Positions 56,799 through 64,000 of a DNA stretch of 64,000 nucleotides are shown here, piece by piece (positions within the stretch are counted from its first letter, which is position 1; every line of letters starts with the position of its first letter). This stretch comes from Clostridia bacterium (GTDB lineage Bacteria > Bacillota > Clostridia > Christensenellales > CAG-138), in contig JAFRNW010000010.1 in NCBI GenBank assembly GCA_017429985.1, positions 5,700 through 69,699 of the forward strand. Direction: 5' to 3'. A program made the position numbers and the translations under genes. Below the pieces are notes generated by a model, which saw only the letters and a program-made list of their open reading frames with translations, was not told the origin of the DNA and did not search any database.

Positions 56799-57899
56799 TT
56801 ATTCCGGATCCGTCTTTGAGGAAACCGCGAGACAGAACAGGCTGCTCAGCTTTCTTTCCAGAAATGAACAGAACTGACGTGCGTGTGCCATGTTGAAAAG
56901 AAGGAGCCGCAGATAATCCGCGGAGGCGCAAACTGCAAACACGGCGACAGCGCAGAGAATGACCGCCAGCGCCATGACCGGCGCGGGGAGAGAGGCGAGA
57001 CCTATAAAAAGGTCCTTGAAGAGATTCCCGAAGATAAGGGGATGCACATGCAGAAGGTATACGCCCAGCACAAGGGGACAGGTGAATGAGATCCATCCGG
57101 CACGCTTTGGCTTGATCTTTGAAAAGAAAGCGAGGAGGAAAATCGACGCGATTACCGTTGTGACGGCCGTATAGGAAACCATGTACTCATGATAGACATA
57201 CTTGTTCAGGAAACCGATGTCTGCCAGTTCGATCCCGCGTTTGACCGCCCAGGTAATCGCTGCACAGGCGAAAAAGCCGACGAGAGAAGCAACGGGGCTG
57301 ATTTTGCTCAGTACGGGATACTTTCTGCATGCCGCGCCGATGCCGTACATGACAGCGAGCCATAGTGGCGCATAGCCGCGGCCGGTGTGAAACAGATCCC
57401 CGCCCGTGATCGAAGGAAACACGGAAAACAGGATCAAAGACGAAGCAATCAAATACACGGTGAATCTGGAGCTTGCATTCCTGACCAGCGCGTTGATCGC
57501 GGGCATGAAGAAGAAAAGACAGAAATAGGCAGTGATATACCAGTACTGCCGGAACAGCACGGGTAACGCCGAGGTCAGCACCGCGTTGCCGTTTACCTGC
57601 CCGGGGGTTATGAAATGGAAAATAACCGTTATGAGAACGGAGTAGAAGAATGTTTCAAGCCAGAAATAAAGGATATTGGCGGGCTTGAACCTGGCACCGT
57701 ATCCGACATATCCGGAAATGAGAGCGAAGCAGTCTACGCAGCACACGAAGATGATATCCAGGAACCTCGCGGTTTCATAAGTCAGGGAATGTTTGACGGC
57801 TGCGCCCAGGACGCCGCCCTGCCCGACGATATGCACGCCGACAGCAAAAATCATGGCAATGATTCGGAACAAATCGATTCCCCGATTGCGCTCTGACAT
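56799..57899 (-). CDS. acyltransferase family 3 (O-acyl/acetyltransferase) membrane protein
   Basis: N-terminus RNRGIDLFRIIAMIFAVGVHI is typical of acyltransferase_3, with about 10 TM helices. AGGAGG SD sequence lies directly after the upstream gene's stop. Confidence 0.85.
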   Translation of the reverse strand: MSERNRGIDLFRIIAMIFAVGVHIVGQGGVLGAAVKHSLTYETARFLDIIFVCCVDCFALISGYVGYGARFKPANILYFWLETFFYSVLITVIFHFITPGQVNGNAVLTSALPVLFRQYWYITAYFCLFFFMPAINALVRNASSRFTVYLIASSLILFSVFPSITGGDLFHTGRGYAPLWLAVMYGIGAACRKYPVLSKISPVASLVGFFACAAITWAVKRGIELADIGFLNKYVYHEYMVSYTAVTTVIASIFLLAFFSKIKPKRAGWISFTCPLVLGVYLLHVHPLIFGNLFKDLFIGLASLPAPVMALAVILCAVAVFAVCASADYLRLLLFNMAHARQFCSFLERKLSSLFCLAVSSKTDPE

Positions 57900-57911
57900 G
57901 TTAACCTCCTA

Positions 57912-59603
57912 TCACCCGTTGCCTTTTAGCAGGATGTTCCCCGATTCCAGATAAGAGAGGGAATAATCGAACATCTCGCAGAAATCATTGGCAAACTTCA
58001 TTTTTTCCTGCTCCACATATACCGCATCGGGCAGCTTGTGCCCGAACATTTCATAATATTTTTTCAGATCCGGAAGGGTGTGCTCTTTCAGCCCGTAAAG
58101 CCAGGCGGAGTAGGAACAGATTCCGAGATCCGGCATATCAAGATACATCCAGACCGAATTGCCCAGACAGAGGACATCGGAAACGGAAGGATCGGCGCAG
58201 ATCTCCCTTGCATCCTGGAGCGAAACCATGTATCGGTCGCTCCGTGCTTTTGAAACGATCAGCCCTTTTTCGGCACCGGACTCCAGAAGGACCGTCTGTT
58301 CCTTCATGGATTTTTCCCAGAATACGCTCTCATACCGGACGATGCCCATGAAAGCTGTCTGAAGGAGAAGGAGAAGCGCGGTCAGGATTACCGCAGCGGG
58401 TCCGAATGCTTTGTGACTGCGGGATTCCGAGGACGCCGTCATGACCAGCATCATGACGGAGCCCGGCAGCGCGGCAGCGGATGCGGACGATATTGCGTAC
58501 AGCTCCTGATTGGAAGAACAGTACTGCAGGAACGAGAACACCATGCCGGGAAGCCAGAGATGGAAAAACAGTTTCCTTACGTCCTTCCGGTCGGTATACA
58601 GGAACAGAACGGCAGCCTGCATATTCAGCGGCAGGAGAAGAAAATTCAGATAGCGGTTCGTAAGAAACAGAGAAACGAGATAAGCCGCTGTAAGCAGGAA
58701 CGAAAAAACGAGCAGGAACCGGGAAGCACGGGGCAGTTTCTTTTTAAACAGGAGTCCTGCAAGACAGACAACATATCCGAGGAAGATGTATTTGGATATC
58801 CGGCTGCTGAACAGAATCGCCCTGAGATAACCGGTGACGATCGCACGGAAGCTTCTGACAGGATGTTCGGGGTCCCTGACGATATCGGACAGCAGGGAGA
58901 TCAGAGAACCCGGCGTGCCGGTGCGGAGAAGCAGGGCGACGACGATCAGAGCGGGGACGGCGATGCCTGCCGTGAGGTACAGCCAGCGCCGCAGCTCCCC
59001 GTGCAGTCTGCGGTTCAGCAGGAGCGCGGCCGCGGTATACAGGGCGTACAGAAAGGCGAGGTAGGGGGAACAGAGCACTGATAAGGCAAAAAGCACGCCG
59101 GAGAAAAAACAGTGCGGGAATGACATCGTGCCGCGGCCGTTCAGATACAGGATCAGCGAATCCGTCAGGCAGATGATGCCGAGAGAGTTGTAGGATCCTG
59201 CCATGATGCCGAAGGGTGTATACAGCGTGAACAGGAGTGCGGAGAAGAAGGCGCCGGTCAGGCTGTACCGCTTCAGGGCGAAAAAGATAAAAAAGCCTGT
59301 GGCGATCTGTATGACGGTGTAGAAATAGCGGAAAGCCAGGAGGATTCCCGTATTATCCGGGGCGAAAATGCGGGAGATCCAGACGGGCGGAAGGAGCAGA
59401 AGGGAGGAAAACTGCGTGACGTTCCATTCGTCGATGATCAGGCGGTCGCCTTTGAGAAGGCGGAGAGGAATCGTGAGGTAGAACGATTCGTCCGAATTGG
59501 CAAAGCCGTATCTGGCTTTCCAAAACAGAAAACCGCAGCAAAGGACCGCGGCTGCGGCCATCAGAACATATGCTGTTTTCCGGTTTTTTCTGACAAAAAG
59601 CAT
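57912..59603 (-). CDS. polytopic membrane protein, GT-C-like candidate
   Basis: TM1, then GFANSDESFYLTIPLRLLKGD (acidic DE loop motif), more than 12 helices and a soluble C-terminal domain. A 12-nt gap to the acyltransferase gene. Confidence 0.6.
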   Translation of the reverse strand: MLFVRKNRKTAYVLMAAAAVLCCGFLFWKARYGFANSDESFYLTIPLRLLKGDRLIIDEWNVTQFSSLLLLPPVWISRIFAPDNTGILLAFRYFYTVIQIATGFFIFFALKRYSLTGAFFSALLFTLYTPFGIMAGSYNSLGIICLTDSLILYLNGRGTMSFPHCFFSGVLFALSVLCSPYLAFLYALYTAAALLLNRRLHGELRRWLYLTAGIAVPALIVVALLLRTGTPGSLISLLSDIVRDPEHPVRSFRAIVTGYLRAILFSSRISKYIFLGYVVCLAGLLFKKKLPRASRFLLVFSFLLTAAYLVSLFLTNRYLNFLLLPLNMQAAVLFLYTDRKDVRKLFFHLWLPGMVFSFLQYCSSNQELYAISSASAAALPGSVMMLVMTASSESRSHKAFGPAAVILTALLLLLQTAFMGIVRYESVFWEKSMKEQTVLLESGAEKGLIVSKARSDRYMVSLQDAREICADPSVSDVLCLGNSVWMYLDMPDLGICSYSAWLYGLKEHTLPDLKKYYEMFGHKLPDAVYVEQEKMKFANDFCEMFDYSLSYLESGNILLKGNG

Positions 59604-59717
59604 TTCCCGGATCCCTCAGGCTCCTTATATGAAAATTGCTGGTTCGAGTATATCGGATTCGGCAAACGAGGTCAAGAAACCGGCCCGTTCGCAGGGAGGA
59701 CGGGACGGCGGAATGGA

Positions 59718-59746
59718 TTGAGGGTAGCCGGCAAATGTGATATTAT
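59718..59746 (+). promoter_or_regulatory. candidate sigma-A promoter for the DUF1385-prmC-capA-prfA operon
   Basis: TTGAGG (59718..59723), 17-nt spacer, TGaTATTAT with TATTAT at 59741..59746. Confidence 0.4.
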
Positions 59747-59788
59747 TAAAAATTAGGAATCAGTTATCACATCTTGCGGAGGAAGCGT

Positions 59789-60766
59789 ATGAAACGGTGC
59801 ACGGTTGGGGGACAGGCAGTACTAGAAGGCGTCATGATGAAGACGCCCGCGGGAGGTATTGCGCTTGCCGTCCGGAAAAGCGACGGGAGCATCGTGCGGG
59901 AATTCCGCAATGTGCAGACAAGGGCGAAGAAGGGCACTTTCCTGGGGGCTCCGGTCGTGCGGGGCGTCGTCATTTTCATAGAGTCGCTCGTGACCGGAAT
60001 GAAAATCACAACGCGGTCTGCAGAGATCTACGGGGAAGCCGTCGAAGAGGAACCGACCCGATTCGAGAAATGGCTTGCGGAAAAACTCGGCAAGTCCGCG
60101 ATGGACATCGCGCTCGCGGTCGCGGTCATTCTTGCCTGCGCGCTTGCGATCGGGCTGTTTGTGTTCATCCCCACCTTTGTCGTGCAGCTGATCCCGTGGA
60201 GACCCGAAACGGCGAACATATGGAAGTCTCTTTCGGAAGGTATTGTCCGTCTTGTTATTTTCCTTCTTTACATTTTCGGGATCGGTTTCATGAAGGATAT
60301 CGGCAGGCTTTACCAGTATCACGGCGCCGAGCACAAGGTGATCGACTGTTATGAGCATGACGCGGAGGTCACGCCTGAAAACGCGAAGCGGTATTCCAGG
60401 TTTCACCCGAGATGCGGAACGAACTATCTGTTCCTTGTCATGGCGATATCCATTCTGTTTTTTGCGGCGCTCCCCTACTCGACCAGCTTTCCGGTCCGGT
60501 TCCTGACCAGACTTGTTTTTCTGCCCGTGGTAGCGGGGATCTCGTACGAGGTTCTCCGGGCTGCTGCAGCGAGTGACGGCTGGCTTGCGCGGGCTGTCCG
60601 CGCGCCGGGCCTTGCACTGCAGCGCCTGACGACCAGGGAGCCCGATCTCGAAATGCTGGAGGTTGCCATCGCTGCTTTCGATCTGGCGATGGATCCGCCC
60701 GATCATGAAATCATTCTGGATCTTTCCGGGAAACAGGAAAGCGAGAAAAAGAAAGAGGACGCATGA
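59789..60766 (+). CDS. DUF1385 (YqhQ-like) membrane protein
   Basis: VGGQAVLEGVMMK N-terminus and YHGAEHKVI motif. Conserved position upstream of prmC. Confidence 0.85.
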   Translation: MKRCTVGGQAVLEGVMMKTPAGGIALAVRKSDGSIVREFRNVQTRAKKGTFLGAPVVRGVVIFIESLVTGMKITTRSAEIYGEAVEEEPTRFEKWLAEKLGKSAMDIALAVAVILACALAIGLFVFIPTFVVQLIPWRPETANIWKSLSEGIVRLVIFLLYIFGIGFMKDIGRLYQYHGAEHKVIDCYEHDAEVTPENAKRYSRFHPRCGTNYLFLVMAISILFFAALPYSTSFPVRFLTRLVFLPVVAGISYEVLRAAAASDGWLARAVRAPGLALQRLTTREPDLEMLEVAIAAFDLAMDPPDHEIILDLSGKQESEKKKEDA

Positions 60767-61578
60767 CACTTTGGCAGCTGCGGCGAAAAGCGGCGGAACG
60801 GCTGAAAAGCATTTCGGGCGATTCCGCAGGGTTTGAAGCGGACCAGATCATCCGGTTCGTGTTCCCCGGGGATGCCCTGAAGCGGGCGGAACATACGGAT
60901 GCGGACGAGGAAGCGGCCGCAAGAGTGGATGAGATCGTTTCCAGAAGAGAAGCGGGCGAACCCCTGCAGTACATTTTCGGCGAGTGGGAATTCATGGGGC
61001 TTCCCTTCACCGTCCGGCCGGGCGTGCTGATTCCCCGCGCGGATACGGAGATCCTCTGCGAGAAGGCGCTTTCCCTGATCCGTTCCGGGCCGTACCGGAC
61101 TGTTCTGGATCTTTGCTGCGGCAGCGGATGCATCGGCGTTTCGCTGCGGAAGTATTCGGACGCAGAAGTGACATGCGCGGACATCGATGAAAACTGCCTG
61201 GCGCTCGCGAAAGAAAACGCCGGGCGGAACGGGGTGGATGTTGCCCTCCTGCAGGGGGATCTTTTTGACGCCGTTGCCGGCAGACGGTTTGACCTGATCT
61301 GCTGCAATCCGCCGTACCTGTCGGAAGCGGACATGGATTCTCTTCAGACAGAGGTGCGGCACGAGCCTGCGCTTGCCCTGTACGGCGGCAGGGACGGCCT
61401 GGATTATTACAGGCGTATCGCGAAGGATTACGAACGGTTTCTGAGCCCGGGAGGGACAATGCTTCTGGAGATCGGTTCCGCACAGGAGGCTCCGGTCAGG
61501 AGACTGTTCCCGAAAGCGGAAGTCATACATGATTATGCGGGGCTGCCTCGCGTGATAACTATTGGAGGATCTAAGTAA
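60763..61578 (+). CDS. prmC: release factor glutamine N5-methyltransferase
   Basis: DLCCGSGCIG SAM motif and CNPPY catalytic motif. ATGA overlap with the DUF1385 gene. Confidence 0.92.
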   Translation: MTLWQLRRKAAERLKSISGDSAGFEADQIIRFVFPGDALKRAEHTDADEEAAARVDEIVSRREAGEPLQYIFGEWEFMGLPFTVRPGVLIPRADTEILCEKALSLIRSGPYRTVLDLCCGSGCIGVSLRKYSDAEVTCADIDENCLALAKENAGRNGVDVALLQGDLFDAVAGRRFDLICCNPPYLSEADMDSLQTEVRHEPALALYGGRDGLDYYRRIAKDYERFLSPGGTMLLEIGSAQEAPVRRLFPKAEVIHDYAGLPRVITIGGSK

Positions 61579-61580
61579 TT

Positions 61581-63020
61581 ATGAAAACAGGTCAGATTGT
61601 TGTACTGGTGATACTGTTCTCGATTCTGCTCGGACTCGTGGCGATCGTGGTGGTGTCCCCCATGCTGACGGATCGTTATGAGGATGCGCCGGCGGTGGTA
61701 GCGGAACAGCCCCAGAACGTTCCGGCTGAGCCGGAAAACTACCCGGAACCGGAAGAACAGCCTTCAATGGAACCAGAGGCAGAGCCGGAGGAAGCCGGGG
61801 ACGGGGAAGCGGATGCCGAGCCACAGCCGGAGGAAGAACCGCTGCCTGCCGCGCAGGGGGAAGACGGCGTCATGACGCTCGCCGCGATCGGGGATATCAT
61901 GATCATGCCGAAGCAGCTGAGCGCCGCTTTCAACCCGAACAGCAACGCGTATGATTTTTCGAAGAGTTTCACGGCCGTGAAGAGCATGTTCTCCTCCGTC
62001 GATCTGATGTGCGGAAACTATGAGGGCACGATGGCGGGAGCCAAGTTCCCGTATTCCAACGGAAAGACCGACAGCGAAGGGAGGATCAAGTTCAATGCGC
62101 CGGATTCGCTCGCGCTGGATCTGAAGAATGTCGGATTCGACGTCATCACGACCGCGAACAACCACGCCGGCGATTACGGCGCGGAAGGCATTGCCAATAC
62201 GCTGGAAACCATTAAAGCCGCAGGCATGCTTCAGACCGGAACATACAAGGCTGCGTCGGACAGGTTCGTGCCGGTCATCGCGGAGTGTCACGGCATCAAG
62301 GTCGGCATCCTGTCTGCCACAAGCGTCATCAACGGGAACTCGGGCCTTTCTTCTTCCGACCGCAGGAAACTGTTTTCCCGCCTTCAGGACCTGGACGATA
62401 TCCAGGAGCAGATCAATGCATACCGCGACGCGGGGGCGGACTATATCGTGATGTTCGCGCATTGGGGAAAAGAGTACGAATCCAAGGCCGCAAAGGGCTC
62501 AACCTCCTATGCGAAAAGACTGTTCGCCATGGGCGTGGATCTCATCATCGGGGCGCATCCGCACGTGGTGCAGCCGTTTGAGAAGATCACGGTGAAACGG
62601 AGCGACGGTACTCTGTATACGGGGCTTGTCGCCTATTCCGTCGGGAATTTTCTCGCAAACATGTCCGGGGATTCGCAGTACGGCATGTATCTGCAGATCA
62701 CGCTGAAGCGGGACGAGAACGGCACCGTCGTGCTGGATGAGGCGTCCTACATGCCCACGCTCTGCTTCTCGAAGGATATCCGCGTTCCGATCCAGGGTGC
62801 GGAGCCGGAACTGAACGAAAACGGCGAGATGGAGATCCCGTCCCTGACGGCGACGCTGCATGAAGTCGTTCCCGCGCTTTCCAATCCGTCCCTGATCAAG
62901 TCCTACAGCGTTCTGGAGGACAGGGAGATCAAGATGATCCAGAACGCGCGCGCCCATGTCATCGGCGTGTGCGGCGAGGAGATCGTACCGGTAATGGAGG
63001 ATTCATGCTGGATAAGCTGA
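61581..63020 (+). CDS. CapA-family protein (metallophosphatase-like) with N-terminal TM segment and acidic linker
   Basis: TM segment, Glu/Pro-rich linker ([17 protein letters not shown]), then GDIM..., NHAGDYG and AHWGKEY motifs typical of the CapA/PGA_cap family. Confidence 0.85.
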   Translation: MKTGQIVVLVILFSILLGLVAIVVVSPMLTDRYEDAPAVVAEQPQNVPAEPENYPEPEEQPSMEPEAEPEEAGDGEADAEPQPEEEPLPAAQGEDGVMTLAAIGDIMIMPKQLSAAFNPNSNAYDFSKSFTAVKSMFSSVDLMCGNYEGTMAGAKFPYSNGKTDSEGRIKFNAPDSLALDLKNVGFDVITTANNHAGDYGAEGIANTLETIKAAGMLQTGTYKAASDRFVPVIAECHGIKVGILSATSVINGNSGLSSSDRRKLFSRLQDLDDIQEQINAYRDAGADYIVMFAHWGKEYESKAAKGSTSYAKRLFAMGVDLIIGAHPHVVQPFEKITVKRSDGTLYTGLVAYSVGNFLANMSGDSQYGMYLQITLKRDENGTVVLDEASYMPTLCFSKDIRVPIQGAEPELNENGEMEIPSLTATLHEVVPALSNPSLIKSYSVLEDREIKMIQNARAHVIGVCGEEIVPVMEDSCWIS

Positions 63021-64000
63021 AGCGGATCAGCGACCGGTATGATCAGCTGACGGAACAGATGGCGGCGCCGGACGCCATGAATGACAGAGACGCATGGCGA
63101 GAGATGGTGAAGGAACATTCCTCCCTGGAAGAGATCGTCTCCGCATACCACGCGTACGAGGAAACGCAGACTTCCCTCAAAGACTGCAGGGACATGCTTT
63201 CCGATCATCTGGATCCGGAAATGAAGGAACTCGTCCGGGAAGAAATAGCGGAACTCGAACAGAAATCCTCCGAACAGGAGGAAGCGCTGAAGGCGCTCCT
63301 TGCCCCGAAGGATCCGAACGACGACAAGAACGTCATTCTGGAGATCCGGGCAGGTACGGGAGGAGATGAGGCCGCCCTGTTCGGGGCGGATCTTCTGCGT
63401 ATGTATCTCCGGTACGCGGAGCGCCAGGGGTATCAGGTGGAGACGATCGACAGCAACGTGACCGAGATGGGCGGGGTAAAGGAAATGGTTCTTTCCTTCG
63501 CCGGCAGGCGCGGCGTTTACAGCAGGCTGAAATACGAAAGCGGCGTGCACCGGGTGCAGAGAGTGCCCGAGACCGAATCCCAGGGCAGGATCCACACGAG
63601 CGCGGCCACCGTCGCGGTTCTCCCGGAAGTGGACGACATCCAGGTCGAGATCAACGAGTCGGATATCCGGATCGATCTGTACCATTCCAGCGGCGCGGGC
63701 GGCCAGCATGTCAACAAGACGGAATCCGCCATACGCATCACGCATCTTCCGACGGGCATCGTGGTGCAGTGCCAGGACGAGCGTTCCCAGCTGAAGAACA
63801 AGGAAAAAGCGATGCGGGTGCTGAAAAGCAGGCTGTATGACTATTATCAGTCCAAACAGGAGGAAGCTCTTATCTCGACGAGGAGGAGCATGGTCGGGTC
63901 GGGAGACCGCAGCGAACGGATCCGGACGTACAATTTCCCGCAGAACCGCGTGACCGATCACCGGATCGGCCTGACCCTGTATAAGCTGGAGCAGTTCCTG
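63005..64000 (+). CDS. prfA: peptide chain release factor 1 (3' end beyond the window)
   Basis: Hand translation from the ATG at 63005 behind GGAGG gives [19 protein letters not shown]..., [21 protein letters not shown] and [19 protein letters not shown] (GGQ). Absent from the ORF track because there is no stop in the window. Confidence 0.93.
   Translation, partial: MLDKLKRISDRYDQLTEQMAAPDAMNDRDAWREMVKEHSSLEEIVSAYHAYEETQTSLKDCRDMLSDHLDPEMKELVREEIAELEQKSSEQEEALKALLAPKDPNDDKNVILEIRAGTGGDEAALFGADLLRMYLRYAERQGYQVETIDSNVTEMGGVKEMVLSFAGRRGVYSRLKYESGVHRVQRVPETESQGRIHTSAATVAVLPEVDDIQVEINESDIRIDLYHSSGAGGQHVNKTESAIRITHLPTGIVVQCQDERSQLKNKEKAMRVLKSRLYDYYQSKQEEALISTRRSMVGSGDRSERIRTYNFPQNRVTDHRIGLTLYKLEQFL

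Noticed and set aside
59822-63961. Minus-strand ORFs 59822..60769, 60703..61530, 61764..62462 and 62903..63961
   Set aside because: They are antisense to DUF1385, prmC, capA and prfA, all of which carry diagnostic motifs (YHGAEHK, NPPY, GGQ).

Overview
This is a 64-kb chromosomal segment from a high-G+C (about 60% by eye) Firmicutes/Clostridia-type genome. I support about 52 protein-coding genes and found no rRNA, tRNA or CRISPR array. The backbone is conserved housekeeping synteny: prkC-stp-rlmN-rsmB-fmt-def, priA-rpoZ-gmk-yicC, ligA-pcrA, thrC-ctp-ahcY, an EF-G paralog, uvrC-maf-xth, yebC, asp23-DAK2-recG, mutS2, an RR-HK-htrA module, ppx-ftsB and rho-rpmE-DUF1385-prmC-capA-prfA. Many genes overlap their neighbour by ATGA, which suggests translational coupling. 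The backbone is broken by accessory, envelope-related material in three places. (1) A 7.4-kb block sits between def and priA. It holds a sigma-I/RsgI-like pair, a secreted tandem-repeat protein and three polytopic GT-C-like membrane proteins. The same ACCCC-N20-CGTA promoter-like motif lies upstream of sigI and upstream of the secreted protein. (2) A GT-C-like gene follows recG, and its clearly AT-rich paralog is wedged between rho and rpmE. (3) Between rpmE and DUF1385 lie nested decayed IS elements (IS256-like inside an IS1182-like fragment) and a GT-C-like plus acyltransferase-3 cassette. Other oddities:
- a free-standing 68-aa peptide with 7 Cys that has its own promoter and terminator, next to a CssRS/HtrA-like module;
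- an aminotransferase with a 95-aa in-frame N-terminal extension, expressed from a consensus promoter covered by three copies of a 9-mer;
- an AT-rich 140-aa mini P-loop protein;
- a possibly leaderless pcrA;
- a Rho protein with a long disordered insertion;
- a NagB-like protein whose catalytic residues appear substituted.
All functional calls come from motif recognition by eye. No database search was run.
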